Origin: Octopus vulgaris
Lineage: Eukaryota
Direction of reading: 5' to 3'
Assembly: GCA_951406725.2 (NCBI GenBank)
Contig: OX597821.1
Coordinates: 18,476,001 to 18,540,000, forward strand
DNA: 64,000 nucleotides
Shown: piece after piece, positions 1 through 18,784 of the stretch
How positions within the stretch are numbered: position 1 is the first letter of the stretch
How the letters are laid out: every line of letters starts with the position of its first letter
The notes under the pieces: generated by a model
What the model was told of the DNA's origin: nothing
Database searches by the model: none
Seen by the model: the letters and a program-made list of their open reading frames with translations, nothing else
Program-made: the position numbers and the translations under genes

Positions 1-1
1 A

Positions 2-436
2 GGACAGGCTGAGGAGTCGGTGCCACACAGGGCAATATTCAGGTACGAGTGGAGGCATCCGTGTACTACATCAATGCGACCCGGGGCAGAGGAAGAGCAC
101 GCCTTCGTGCAGGTCGGGGAGGAAGTCTGGGTAAAACCCCCAAACGCATGGTGTACATCGCAATGGGGAAAGGGGACAATAACCTCCGTAAATTCAAAGA
201 ATAACATCTCGGTCGATGGTATGCCACGCCACGTTTTGGACATACGGAGGATTGCCCATGCCCCAGAGGATGGGACAAGCAGCAGTGGGCAAGACGAAAA
301 CAACAGACAGGATGACGAGGTCGGCAGCAACACACCAGGAACAAGTCCTAGGGTCGCACTGCGACCACAGAGGGAGTGGCACCCTCCTCCCTGGTTGGCT
401 GATTATGAAACCAGTTTCAGGTGCGGGAGCGAGTGA
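2..436 (+). mobile_element. Gypsy LTR retrotransposon pol C-terminus (end of integrase), 5' part outside window
   Basis: Open frame GQAEESVPHRAIFRYEWR...VGEEVWVK...W.KG.I...RH.LDIR...LRPQREWHPPPWLADY resembles the Gypsy integrase C-terminus; followed by a purine tract and an LTR. Confidence 0.8.
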
Positions 437-472
437 GGAAGCCGGTTCAGTGATCTATAGATCAGGGGGGCA

Positions 473-726
473 TGTGGTGTGATGGTGAAGGAGTGTGACG
501 GATGGGGGAGAGCGGAAGTGGGGCTTGCAGGGCGCATGCGCTGGCGGAAGCGAAAGTGACAGGCAGAACGCATGTGCGGCATTGACGAGTTGCGACAGAC
601 ACGACGAAGGCACCAGACGAGCGAGTCGGCTAAAAGCGATCCAAGTTCATCTCCGACGAGGTAAGACCCAATTACATTTTCCATTCTCCCGTTTTCTGTT
701 GTACTCTTTTCACCATTCACACTACA
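473..726 (+). mobile_element. 3' LTR (254 bp) of the Gypsy element, polypurine tract at ~459-470
   Basis: AGATCAGGGGGG then CA then TGTGGTGTGATGGTGA ... TCACCATTCACACTACA: TG..CA ends with a ~16-bp imperfect inverted repeat. Confidence 0.8.
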
Positions 727-895
727 GTTCAGAGAGCTCCTACCCCTGCTGGCAACAAACGGCCTCTCTCTCAGACTGAAAGGCAGATTGTTTGATGCCT
801 GTGTGAACAGCTATGCTGCATGGCAGTGAAACAAGGACAAGTGTAGGCTTGAAAGAAATGAAGCCAGTATGCTTTGCTGGATGTGCCATGTGCAA
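727..895 (+). mobile_element. RTE LINE fragment interrupted by the Gypsy insertion
   Basis: Reads [34 protein letters not shown], homologous to the RTE at 14559-15632. Confidence 0.8.
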
Positions 896-931
896 TGGAC
901 ATTAAATGATAATGATGATGATTTATATATA

Positions 932-1332
932 TACTCTTACTCTTTTACTCGTTTCAGTCATTTGACTGTGGCCATGCTGGAGCACTGCCTTTAATCGAGC
1001 AACTCGACCTCGGGACTTATTCTTTTTGTAAGCCCAGTACTTATTCTATCGGTCTCTTTTGCCGAACTGCTAAGTAACGGGGACATAAACACACCAGCAT
1101 CGGTTGTTAAGTGATGTTGGGGGGACAAAGACAGACACAAACACACACATACATACATATATATATACATATATACAACGGGCTTCTTTTCAGTTTCCGT
1201 CTACCAAATCCACTCACAAGGCATTGGTCGGCCCGGGGCTATAGCAGAAGACACTTGCCCAAGATGCCACGCAGTGGGACTGAACCCGGAACCATGTGGT
1301 TGGTTAGCAAGCTACTTACCACACAGCCACTC
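932..1332 (-). mobile_element. tRNA-type SINE family A
   Basis: Minus-strand head TGGCTGTGTGGTAAG (A box) and GGTTCAGTCCC (B box), internal (TG/TA)n, (GAGTAAAA)n tail; many near-identical copies in the window. Confidence 0.85.
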
Positions 1333-1347
1333 TCATATATACATATG

Positions 1348-1851
1348 AAAATGTGTTGCTGAAAATGCACTTAAATTTCAAAAACTCGTAAATGTTTAAA
1401 ATACATTTATTTACATATGTACCAAACTAGTTTCAACAATATTTTTTGTTTATCAATGGTAAAAGTGTAAAATTAGAAAAAACATTGTTACAAGTTTCAA
1501 TGTTGACAAATCAAAATTAAATTAAAATGTTTCAATGTTGATAAATTATCATGTTCAAAACAGAAGGTGTAAGTTTGAAATTAAAACTGTATATTAATTT
1601 GTTAGAATGTACAAGGTTCATTAATTTCAGTGGTGGTCAACAAGTCATACTGAAAAAAAACTGAGAATTGAAATAGTAAAAAAGGGGGAAATTATGGTTT
1701 CTCAGATCTTTAAACAGTCGGTTCCGCATGTAATGATACCATTGATAAACAAAAAATATTGTTGAAACTAGTTTGGTACATATGTAAATAAATGTATTTT
1801 AAACATTTACAAGTTTTTGAAATTTAAGTGTATTTTCAGTAACACATTTTC
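1348..1851. mobile_element. Inverted-repeat element (~115-bp arms) in TA context, Penelope-like relic
   Basis: 1348-1461 is the reverse complement of 1737-1851; each arm holds a degenerate hammerhead-like motif. Confidence 0.6.
1737..1778 (+). ncRNA. Degenerate minimal hammerhead-like motif (mirror copy 1420-1461 on minus)
   Basis: tacca-TTGATA-aacaa..ttgtt-GAAA-ctag-TT-tggta: stems I, II and palindromic III present, core deviates from CUGANGA. Confidence 0.4.
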
Positions 1852-1894
1852 CTATATATTTTTTTCCTGTGTGGAAACACCACTCCCTCTTTTG

Positions 1895-1934
<40 letters not shown>

Positions 1935-1970
1935 TTCTTTATACACACATACACATACATATATATATAT

Positions 1971-2381
1971 AGGTGCAAGCATGGCTGTGTGGTAAGAAGC
2001 TTGTTTCCCAATCACATGGCTCAAGCTGCGAGGCTCTTTGGACAAGGGTCTTCAACTTTTATAGCCTCGGGCCAACCAGAGATTTGAGTGGATCTGGCAG
2101 AAGGAAACTGAAAGAAGCTCGTTGTGTATATGTGTGTGTGTATCTTTGTGTATGTGTGTCTTTGTGTCAGTATTTGTTCCCCACCACCGCTTGACAACTG
2201 GTGCTGGTGTGTTTACATCCCTGTAACTTGGTGGTTCAGCAAAGAGACCAATAGAATAAATAATAGGCTTAAAGAAAAAGAAAAAAAAACAAGTAGTGGG
2301 GTCGATTCAGTTGACTAAAAATTCATCAAGGCAGGGCCATGTTATAATGACTGAAACAAGTAAAAGTCAAAAGATAAAAGA
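1971..2381 (+). mobile_element. SINE family A, diverged copy
   Basis: Head ATGGCTGTGTGGTAAGAAGC, body GGAAACTGAAAGAAGC, tail ATGACTGAAACAAGTAAAAG. Confidence 0.75.
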
Positions 2382-2471
2382 CATGTATGTACACACAAAC
2401 ACATATATATATATACTTACATATACATACATACATATATATATGTATACACACATACATATATATACATA

Positions 2472-3319
2472 CAGGATGCCTTGGGTAAATTGTTGCCATT
2501 TTATAATTTTAATTTTGTGCATGCACATTGTTTTGGATTTTGTTAACTACACAGTATAGTAGGGTCAGTCAGGCACAGTCTGTGAGAAAAACAGCACCAT
2601 GACACAATTCACTCTGCCAGAAATTCGGAAATGACATGCCGAAAGCTCTAATATGAACATTTCAGTGTATTTGGGTGTCAATCTAAGGACATGTACGGAG
2701 AGTGATAAAAATCAAACATCAAAGTCAACATCATGGTGTTTAGAGTGATCACTAGTGATGGTGACGTTATGCTTCCATTCATCTACCCACATAGCCTCAG
2801 ATTCAACACAGAGGCCTACATCAAAGTGCCTAGAGAAAGTAGTGCTGCCCTGGGTCAAGATGGTGGCTCCTGGAAGACCCTATGTCTGGCAACAGGACTC
2901 TGCACCATGCCATGCAAGCAAGAGAACACAGTCATGACTGTCAGACAATTTCTGCGACCACATCACCCCTAATATCTGGCCACCTAACTCCCCAGACTGC
3001 AACCCCCTTGATTATTATGTGTGAAGCACAGTTGAACGAGAGACCAACAAAACTCGCAACACTAAAAGATGAACTGAAGGCAAGGATTATGGTAGCATTC
3101 ACCAACTTAAACAAGGAGACTGTCAAAAAGAATTGCAGGAGATTCCAAAGTCATCTGGAGGCTGTGGTTGAAGCCAATGGCGATTTTATTGAATAGGTTT
3201 ACTCTTTGGTATTTCAAGATATTTCTAAGTAATTTTGGTAAATATATCTGTTAAAATGAGATGACAGTGTTATTTTCATTTTTGCACAACTTAGATGACA
3301 GTTTATTCACTGCATCCTG
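2472..3319 (+). mobile_element. Internally deleted Tc1/mariner element, probably DD37D (maT) type
   Basis: TA-CAGGATGC ... GCATCCTG-TA ends; fragments YVWQQDSAPCH and WPPNSPDCNPLDYYV (third catalytic residue D). Confidence 0.8.
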
Positions 3320-3329
3320 TATATATATA

Positions 3330-3376
<47 letters not shown>

Positions 3377-3469
3377 AGAGAGAGTATATGTGTGTGTGTG
3401 TGCACGTGTATGTGTCTGTGTGTTTGTATGTGTGTGTATATCTATGTATATTTATCTATATCTATATAT

Positions 3470-5780
3470 AGAAATTCGGGGTGAGTACTTGATAATTATA
3501 AGCACCTGTGTATACCGTTTGGTGGTGTAGGTGGTGGAGTAAATTGATCAAAATAAAATAAAATAAAAACATGATGCGAAGGATTCAGCGGTACATATGT
3601 TTCGGGCCTTTATTAGACAGATTTATAACAATGCATAATGTATGTCTGTGGCCTTCTTCAGCCGCGCACAACAGCTTCCACAAGGACATGTGTTACATCA
3701 GAAATTCTTGGTTGGGGATGCAAATCCTCTCATTCACGTACGACATAATGCGGCAGCAGCATAGAATTGAAGCGTCCATCTCTTTCTTCTCTCAATGTAG
3801 AATGAGGAAAATTGGATGTTGAGGTAATGTAAATAAATAAATACATATATAGAGGTGAAGATGGAGGGGCGAGAGTTCGGGACGAGGGATAAAAAATGTA
3901 TAAAAAGTGTAAGTATAGAATAATATAAAAATGTAGAGGGTAAAGATATAAAGAGTTGTAAGGAGATGTAAAGGGGGTATAAAGAAATATAAAGAAATAT
4001 AAATAAATGTAAAGGCATAAGGTTATAAAGTAAAAATAGAAATAGAAATAAAAGTAAAAAAACCTGATAAAAACATGATAAAAGTGTAAAAGAATGTAAA
4101 GATAAGGGAAGTATAGAGGTTACGGACCAAGCATGGTGGTCAGGAGATTGATAAAATTTAGTTGTAGAATTGTCAGTAAATCAACAGTTTCGTCTGGGGA
4201 CTTAATGCGTTGTAAATCAGAGCTGATGAGCATTTAATCTGGTTCCTTGAATTAAATGGACTTCTAGTACATACATATCATCATGGATACATACACCCAC
4301 ATACACGCGTACATATACGCTTCCAAGCCCATAAGCATACACACGCACTCACGTGTAAACACGTACATAAACCCACACGCACCCACACGTACGCGCGTAC
4401 ACACACATACATACAACAGAATATCCGCATATATACACGGACATTACGCGCGTACACGCTCACATGTGTATACGCGCGCCCATCACTACATACACACACG
4501 TATATGCCCACGCCTCTAGGTCTAGGAATAAGATATTAAAGGATGTGTATAAGAACGTATGTAAAGAATCCCGTACTCATGTCAATACGCGCACGCACAC
4601 ACGGCTGTGTGTCCGTATGTGCGTGCACATATACACTCATATACACACACAGAGACACACGTGCACATGGGTATAGCTATAAGATATCGAAGTATGCATG
4701 TACATATATGTGCGTGCATATGTATGTATGCGCATACACACGTACGCGGACGCTCGTATATTCAAAAAGTGGATCCATAGGTAAGTAAATAAACATATAT
4801 AGAGGTGTAAAGCGATAAGTTAGGGGTAAGAATGAGGGTAAGGGTAAAGATTAGAAATAAAAAATACAGTATAAAATAAGAAATACAATGTAATAGTTAG
4901 AAATGAAGTATAAGAATTATAAAAATTATAAGAGTTAAGGTAAGGGATGAAAATGAAAATGAGAATAAATAGAAGTAGAATAAAAGTAAAAATAAAATTA
5001 AAAATAAAAATAAATGGAAGTAGGATAAAAGTAAAAATAAAAGTAAAAATAAAAATAAAATAAAATAAGATAAAAATATAATTTTGTAAAGTTTAACATG
5101 AGATGAAGGTGGTTGAAAGTTAGAGGTGTGTGTTAAACGTAGGGGCGGGCGGGGGGAACTGAAAATTGGAAGGGTGGGAAGTGGAGTTTGGCGGTGTGCG
5201 TTCAACATCTGAGTTAGAAATGTGAAAGGGTATAGATATAGGGAATTAAAGGGACTACATAGGGAGGATATGGGTGTAGGAGAAGAAATATTTAGGGAAA
5301 AGAAGTCATATATGGGAGACAAAATTTGTATATATAGGAGGAAAATGCAGGGAACCGTATATGCACATACACACACCCACACACACACACACACATTATA
5401 TTTCTTTATATTTCTTTATACCCCCTTTACATCTCCTTACAACTTTTTATATTATTCTATACTTACACTTTTTATACATTTTTTATCCCTCGTCCCGAAC
5501 TCTCGCCCCTCCATCTTCACCTCTATATATGTATTTATTTATTTACATTACCTCAACATCCAATTTTCCTCATTCTACATTGAGAGAAGAAAGAGATGGA
5601 CGCTTCAATTCTATGCTGCTGCCGCATTATGTCGTACGTGAATGAGAGGATTTGCATCCCCAACCAAGAATTTCTGATGTAACACATGTCCTTGTGGAAG
5701 CTGTTGTGCGCGGCTGAAGAAGGCCACAGACATACATTATGCATTGTTATAAATCTGTCTAATAAAGGCCCGAAACATAT
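3470..5780 (-). mobile_element. Non-coding Penelope-like element with inverted pLTR arms, inserted in (TA)n
   Basis: ~3595-4010 is largely the reverse complement of ~5395-5780; hammerhead in the arms; flanked by TA repeats; no ORF. Confidence 0.7.
3588..3665 (-). ncRNA. Type I hammerhead ribozyme, long stem II
   Basis: gcgg-CUGAAGA-aggcc..acaga..ucugu..ggccc-GAAA-cauaug-UA-ccgc; palindromic stem III ACAUAUGU; GUA site. The + copy at 5710-5780 is cut off in stem III. Confidence 0.75.
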
Positions 5781-6049
5781 ATATCTATATATATATATAT
5801 ATATATATAGTATTAATAAGATAAAGAGAATGGAGATTTTTGACATCCATAATTTTATTTAAAAGTTATTTATAGCATCTTTACAGGACCTACATGTGTC
5901 TCAACTGCAATTATCAGAGCCTAGTAACTTATTGTTAGCTCGGGTACCACAAAAGGACCATTGTGATATCGACTTAAAAAGAAACACCATAACCACCAAG
6001 ATAATATATCCCTTTAAACTCATTATATATATATATATGTGTATGTATG

Positions 6050-6315
6050 TATGCATGTGTTACTTTCTTCTTGCCTTGACATTACATGACAGATGTAAGC
6101 AAGTGTTGGCATCATGCAAACGGTGTTCTTCATTTCCAGCCTTATGTGAAATCATGTCTGGTCATAGGGAAACATTACCTCCCATGGAAACAGGTGAAGG
6201 TTGGTGACTGGAAAGGTCTCCAGCCATAGACAATCCACCTCAACAAATTTCGTAAACACATTTGAGGATGGGAAAATGGACATTAAACAAAGAAAATGAT
6301 AATGATCATCATCAT
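6050..6315 (+). mobile_element. Diverged RTE-type 3' end with (ATG)n tail
   Basis: GGTTGGTGACTGGAAAGGTCTCCAGCCATAG...GGAAAATGGACATTAAA resembles the RTE tails in this window; related copy on minus at ~28545-28775. Confidence 0.55.
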
Positions 6316-6394
6316 CAAGTGTAGTCCTTGTTTTGACCAGAATTTGAACCTGCAATAACAGCAGATAGAGGGTGACTGAATAAGTAACATTTCT

Positions 6395-6780
6395 GTGATG
6401 ATGCGGTGGTGATGATGATGATAATGTTGATGGTGGTGTATACACTGATGATTTTGGTGATGGTGGTGATGGTGGTGGCAGTGGTGGTGATGGTATACAT
6501 GGTGATGATGATAGTGGTGACGAAGGTGGAGGTGGTAATGGTGGGTGGTGATGGTAGTGGTATTGATGGTGGTATATATGGTGATGATGGTGAAAATGAT
6601 GGTGATGTATATGGGGCTGATGTCCGTGCTGGTGTTACATACCCCGATGGCAGTGCTGGTGGTGTATATGGTGATGATGTTGGTGATGATGCCGGTGACA
6701 GTGGTAGAGGTGGTGACGACACTGATGATGGTGGTGGTGATGGTGTTGTAGGTGCTATTAGTAGTCGTGGTTTCAAGGTG
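6395..6780. repeat. Degenerate (GGT/GAT)n trinucleotide low-complexity tract
   Basis: Direct inspection. Confidence 0.8.
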
Positions 6781-6984
6781 TGTAGTAAAGTACAATGTTA
6801 ACAAATGCTAACATGATGTGGTGGTATATGATGTGGCATGGTCACCAGTGTGTGTGTGTGTGTAATTGATGATACACACACATACTAAGACACATGTATA
6901 CATCATTATCATCATCAGCCTGAACAAGTGGTTGGTTTGTACCCTCTGTTACCTCCAGCTTATGAGAACCCGGTACATATCCAG

Positions 6985-7216
6985 AGGCGGCGAACTGGCA
7001 GAAACGTTAGCACGTCGGGCAAAATGCTTAGTGGTATTTCGTCTGCCGTTATGTTCTGAGTTCAAATTCCGCTGAGGTTGACTTTGCCTTTCATCCTTTC
7101 GGGGTCGATAAATTAAGTACCAGTTACGCACTGGGGTCGATGTAATCGACTTAATACCTATGTCTGTCCTTGTTTGTCCCCTCTGTGTTTAGCCCCTTGT
7201 GGGTAGTAAAGAAATA
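6985..7216 (+). mobile_element. SINE family B, full length, 13-bp TSD
   Basis: TSD GGTACATATCCAG (6972-6984, 7217-7229); B box GAGTTCAAATTCC; core GCCTTTCATCCTTTCGGGGTCGATAAATTAAGTACCAG resembles the Meta/MESC SINE domain (from memory). Confidence 0.85.
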
Positions 7217-7384
7217 GGTACATATCCAGTATCTGTCAGTCTGTCTGTTCTCCAGTCACACTGACTCACCCTTTTCCTATTCATAAATCTCTTATTTCTT
7301 CATCAATTTGTTAATAACCTCTGTCTGTTTGTCTGTGTGTGTGTGTGTATGTGTGTGTGTGTGTCTCTCTCTCTCTCTCATTTA

Positions 7385-7571
7385 TCTTTAACTTGTTTCA
7401 CTTGTGAGACTGCAGTCATGCTGGGTCATCACTGAGTAATTTTTAGTCAGATGACTTGGCTCCAGTACATATTTTTTAAAACTCTGCCACTTCTTCTATT
7501 GATCTCTTTTGTTGAGCCACTAAGTTATGAGTGGCACAAACACACCAACACCAGTTGTCAAGTGGTGGTGG

Positions 7572-7616
<45 letters not shown>

Positions 7617-8292
7617 GATGGGCTTCTTTGAGTTTTCATTTACCAAATCCACTCACAAGGATTTGGTTGGCATGAAGCTGTAGTACAAAATGCTTGTATA
7701 AAGTGCCACACAGTGGAACTGAACCTGGAACCATGTGGTTGGGAAGCAAGCTTTGTACCACACACACACATGCCTCTACATAGTAATGTAAAACTTTCAT
7801 AACTCTTTACTCTTTTACTTGTTTCAGTCATTTGACTGTGGCCATGCTGGAACACTACCTTTAGTCGAGCAAATCGACCCCGGGACTTATTCTTTGTAAG
7901 CCCAGTACTTATTCTATCGGTCTGTTTTGCCGAACCGCTAAGTGACGGGGACGTAAACATGGCACCTTGGGCAAGTGTCTTCATCAAAGCCTTGGGGCAG
8001 TCAAAGCCTTGGGGCAGTCAAAGCCTTGTGAGCAGATATGGAAGACAGAAACTGAAAGAAGTATATATGTGTGTGTGTGAGAGAGAGAGGGAGGATGTCA
8101 CCCACCACTGCATGACATCCAGTGTCGTGTTTACATTCCCCTAACTTAGCAGTCTGACTGGAGAGATTGATATAGACTAAGTATCAGGCTTAAAAAAGCA
8201 AAATAAGTACTGGGTTTGATTCTTTTGACTAAAAATCCTTCAGGGTGCTGCCCCAGCATGACCACAAACTAATGACAGAAACAAGTAAAAAG
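7385..8292. mobile_element. Cluster of SINE A copies (7385-7780 minus, 7803-7958 minus partial, 7960-8292 plus partial)
   Basis: Similarity to the other family A copies. Confidence 0.75.
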
Positions 8293-8488
8293 ACAAAAAT
8301 ATATATATGTGTATATATATAAATATAAATATATAACATAAGGGACTAAAGCCATCTGAATATGGCTAGGGACAGGGCAGGGTGGTGGGGGTGTTACTGT
8401 TGCATTTAGCCCCAGGCGAACATCGACGTCGCTAGATAGGCTTGACACCGTCACGGTGTCCTTTAACCTGCAAAGGGAGATAATTCCC

Positions 8489-8570
8489 CGATGAAGCGGA
8501 AACCACACACGGACCATGGTTTCAAGGTGTATTGCCTATCGTCAACGTGTGGTAGGCCTCCGCTTCCTCG
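8489..8570 (-). ncRNA. Type I hammerhead variant (C3U), copy 1
   Basis: cacacg-UUGACGA-uagg..ccuu-GAAA-ccaugg-UC-cgugug; stem I extended by gaagcgga/uccgcuuc; palindromic stem III; GUC site. Confidence 0.7.
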
Positions 8571-8849
8571 ACGAAATCTCACTCTGCATGTTATTCATAT
8601 ATAGATTTTCAAGCAAAATACATTTGCTGATTTCGAAAATCTGTTCGACAGCAATAATAATTCTCTAAAAGAGATATAGACAGTAACTGCTCGATAACAT
8701 AAGGGACTAAAGCCATCTGAATATGGCTAGGGACAGGGCAGGGTGGTGGGGGTGTTACTGTTGCATTTAGCCCCAGGCGAACATCGACGTCGCTAGATAG
8801 GCTTGACACCGTCACGGTGTCCTTTAACCTGCAAAGGGAGATAATTCCC

Positions 8850-8931
8850 CGATGAAGCGGAAACCACACACGGACCATGGTTTCAAGGTGTATTGCCTAT
8901 CGTCAACGTGTGGTAGGCCTCCGCTTCCTCG
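8850..8931 (-). ncRNA. Type I hammerhead variant (C3U), copy 2
   Basis: Identical to copy 1, 361 bp away. Confidence 0.7.
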
Positions 8932-9151
8932 ACGAAATCTCACTCTGCAGGTTATTCATATATAGATTTTCAAGCAAAATACATTTGCTGATTTCGAAAA
9001 TCTGTTCGACAGCAATAATAATTCTCTAAAAGAGATATAGACAGTAACACCCCCACCACCCTGCCCTGTCCCTAGCCATATTCAGATGGCTTTAGTCCCT
9101 TATGTTATCGAGCAGTTACTGTCTATATCTCTTTTAGAGAATTATTATTGC

Positions 9152-9331
<180 letters not shown>

Positions 9332-9387
9332 AATATATATATGTATATATATATAAATATATATATGTATATATAAATATATATATA

Positions 9388-10051
<664 letters not shown>

Positions 10052-10138
10052 TGTAGGTCCCGGGTTGATTCGGGGTTAACCACAGTAAGTAAGGTACTCA
10101 ATACATAGCAGAGTAAAATTAATTTATTATATAGAAGG

Positions 10139-10189
10139 AGCTTCTACAGGACTAGTACTGTTTCATTCAAGAGAAATCTTCAGGAAGCT
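10139..10189 (-). ncRNA. Type I hammerhead ribozyme
   Basis: agcuuc-CUGAAGA-uuuc ucuu gaau-GAAA-cag uacuaguc cug-UA-gaagcu; 6-bp stem I; GUA site. Confidence 0.75.
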
Positions 10190-10506
10190 ATTTAACAAGA
10201 ATTGTATTAGCATTTATACATTTAGGCAGGTTTAAAGGAGTGGTGGTGGGGGACTTTTTTGGGGGTAGGCATAGCGCAAAATATCATACTTGGGGGAGTG
10301 GTCAAGGAGTCAGTGGTAAGTTAGATGAAAGAATAGATAAAAAAAATAAAAAAAATAAAAATAAAAAAATAAAATAAAAAATATATATAAAAAATATATA
10401 TATAAAAAATATATATATAAAAAAAGGGGGATAGAGTTATAGGTAAATAAGGAGATTCTCACTTATACCTATACACATATGTATACGTATCCACACACAC
10501 ATATAT

Positions 10507-10537
<31 letters not shown>

Positions 10538-10631
10538 ATGAAGGTGAAATTAATTAATAGCTATAACTCTTTGACTGCTATTTCTAAATTCGGTCTGTGG
10601 TAAGGCAATTCGTTGCTAAACCCTTTATTGC

Positions 10632-10663
<32 letters not shown>

Positions 10664-11106
10664 CATACATACACATATACATACACATCTACATACACAC
10701 ATACATACACCCGCCCACATATACAAATTTATACACATGCACATGCATATACCTGTCTACACATACACACACGTATATATGCATACACTCACTCCCATGC
10801 ATGCACGCATACACACATGTATATATATACCCACGACCACACATACATATATACACAGAAAAATATATATTCATACGCACATTACACTCATGCACACACA
10901 ACACACCTAGTTCCCTATATACACATATTTACACCTATATATACATACACCCACATACACATATGTACATATATATATATATATATATATACATATACAC
11001 GCATACATATATATACATGTGTGCACATACATACATATACACATATACATACACATACACATACACATGTGTACCTATATATACCTACACATACACACAT
11101 ACATAC

Positions 11107-11143
<37 letters not shown>

Positions 11144-11544
11144 CAATCCAATACAGGCCCATTCCCTAATTTTAATTTTATTATCTTCATTTATTACTTT
11201 TGTTATCTTTGATCGCTAGAGCTAAGGATCCTGGCTATGGCAGCATGTCCATTTGTCTGTCTACTAGAAGGCAAGTACTCATTCCCGCACGAACACTCAT
11301 TAGCACGTACATTCACCCATTCGTACACTCATACACATACACGTACGCACGCGTTATATTCATACATACAAACATCTACATACGTTCACGTATATACACA
11401 TACGTACTCGTACCTACAGATTCGTGTCTACACTTTAGGAGGCTAGTCTATACATATACACCAATAAATATACATATATATATATATACACATATACATA
11501 CACACACACACATATATATATATACTCCTACATACAGATACATA

Positions 11545-11592
<48 letters not shown>

Positions 11593-11790
11593 CATACACA
11601 TACACACATATATATACACACACATACATACACATATATATACATACACAAACATTTATACACACATATATATATATACACACATACACACACATACATA
11701 CATATACACACAAACACATACATACGTATACATACATACATACATCCATACATCCATACTTACATGCATTTATACGCATACACACACCCA

Positions 11791-11825
<35 letters not shown>

Positions 11826-12111
11826 TCACACATACATATACAAATATACGCACACACATACATACATACACGTATACACATACACGCACATACACATATA
11901 CATGCGTACCCATATTTTTATTTTTTTTATTTTTTAATTTTTTTTAATTTTTTTTTTATTTATCTATTCTTTCATCTAACTTACCACTGACTCCTTGACC
12001 ACTCCCCCAAGTATGATATTTTGCGCTATGCCTACCCCCAAAAAAAGTCCCCCACCACCACTCCTTTAAACCTGCCTAAATGTATAAATGCTAATGCAAT
12101 TCTTGTTAAAT

Positions 12112-12162
12112 AGCTTCCTGAAGATTTCTCTTGAATGAAACAGTACTAGTCCTGTAAAAGCT
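12112..12162 (+). ncRNA. Type I hammerhead, mirror copy with one stem I mismatch
   Basis: Same sequence as 10139-10189 but aaagcu in place of gaagcu. Confidence 0.65.
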
Positions 12163-12179
12163 CCTTCTATATAATAAAA

Positions 12180-13690
<1,511 letters not shown>

Positions 13691-13691
13691 A

Positions 13692-17097
<3,406 letters not shown>

Positions 17098-17258
17098 CAT
17101 ACATATATATATATAAATATATATATATATACACATACATACATATATATATATATAATATATATATATACATACATACATATATATACACATACATACA
17201 TATATATACACATACATACATATATATACACATACATACATATATATACACATACATA

Positions 17259-17316
<58 letters not shown>

Positions 17317-17397
17317 TACATACATATACATATATACACACACATACATATATATATATACTTACATATACATATACACACACACACACATATATAT

Positions 17398-17830
17398 TAG
17401 TTATAGAATTCCTAAGAAGCCTGGCACATAAACACATAGGATGCCAGAAATGGCTAGGCACAATAACATAGGGTTCACAGGAAGGTAAAACAATCACAAA
17501 GGTATCATATACTGGTCAGACACTGTAGATATGTAAGTACCAAATCCAATTTAATGAGAAGATCCTACTTAGGGCTGGTTCTAGGTGCAGTATAGGGATA
17601 AAAAAGAACAAAAATGGGGTTTAAAAATTTATAACAGCTGTTTCTGCAGAACTTCAGTGATGTATTCATAGATTACATCTTAGCATAAATCCACCAGCTT
17701 CAGGTAAAAGTTTAGACAGGTATAAACATGAGCTTTTACTTCACCTGTTTATATCTGTTTAAAATAAATCAATAAGGTTTTACCTAAACAGCTGTCTTGA
17801 TTTTAAAACCCCATTTGTATTGTTTTATGG
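17398..17830 (-). mobile_element. Decayed Penelope-like fragment with degenerate hammerhead (~17626-17710)
   Basis: Minus CUGAAGC...GAAA-cagcug-UU with palindromic stem III; short inverted arms 17608-17643 and 17787-17818. Confidence 0.4.
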
Positions 17831-17907
17831 ACACACACACACACAGACGTGCTTGTGTGTATGGTGATGGTAATATCCCCAATACAACACCACCACCATA
17901 TACATGT

Positions 17908-17950
<43 letters not shown>

Positions 17951-17969
17951 TATAAATATGTATATATAC

Positions 17970-18202
17970 TTATTTCTTTACTACCCACAAGGGGCTAAAC
18001 ACAGAGGGGACAAACAAGGACAGACACACGGATTAAGTCGATTACATCGACCCCAGTGCATAACTGGTACTTAATTTATCGACCCCGAAAGGATGAAAGG
18101 CAAAGTCGACCTCGGCGAGGTTTGAACTCAGAACGTAACGGCAGCCGAAATACTGCTAAGCATTTCGCCCGGTGTGCTAACGCTTCTGCCAGCTTGCCGC
18201 CT
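17970..18202 (-). mobile_element. SINE family B
   Basis: Reverse complement of 6985-7216. Confidence 0.85.
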
Positions 18203-18784
18203 TATGTATATATGTATATATACCATCACCATATACACACACATGCGTGCATGTGTGTATGAGATTGTGTGTGTGTGTGTACATGTGTTTGTCTATATAT
18301 ATATATCATTTAATAAATTTGACCCAGCTCCATACAATTTAGTAGGCTCATTGTGTAAAACCTAATTCAACAGGCTTTTAGAAAGATGTACTCCTCACTT
18401 CTACTCGTACCAAATGTGTTAAGCACCATTTTTTTTCATTTATCCACTCACTTGTATGTCTATATAAATACATGAGTATATATATATATAATATAGACCT
18501 ATTTGGAAAGTCATTGCTGGTGAGGATTTTATGGGGTCAGAGTGCAAATGCTGCCTCAACCTTTCTTAGTTGCCTGTTATGACACACAGAAGAAATGTTG
18601 GTTTATTCTTTGACATGCCAGTCCCCGCACAGCACAAGAACAACATTAAATGAAGTGTTTTGCTCAAGAACGCAACATCACAACAACCACCTGGTCTGGG
18701 AATCGAACCTACAATCTGATGATTGTGAGTGCAACACACTAACCTCTAAGCTACACACCTTTACATATGTGCACACGCACACAC

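Noticed and set aside
4223-4229. CTGATGA cores (also 26871, 27143, 56179)
   Set aside because: No properly placed GAAA, stem III and stem I.
5878-5920. Hammerhead-like CUGAUAA..GAGA..CUGUA on minus
   Set aside because: Two core substitutions and no stem I; at best a dead relic, so not listed as a feature.
6406-6801. Gly/Asp/Tyr-rich ORF resembling a structural protein
   Set aside because: Degenerate GGT/GAT repeat open in several frames, no splice or domain support.
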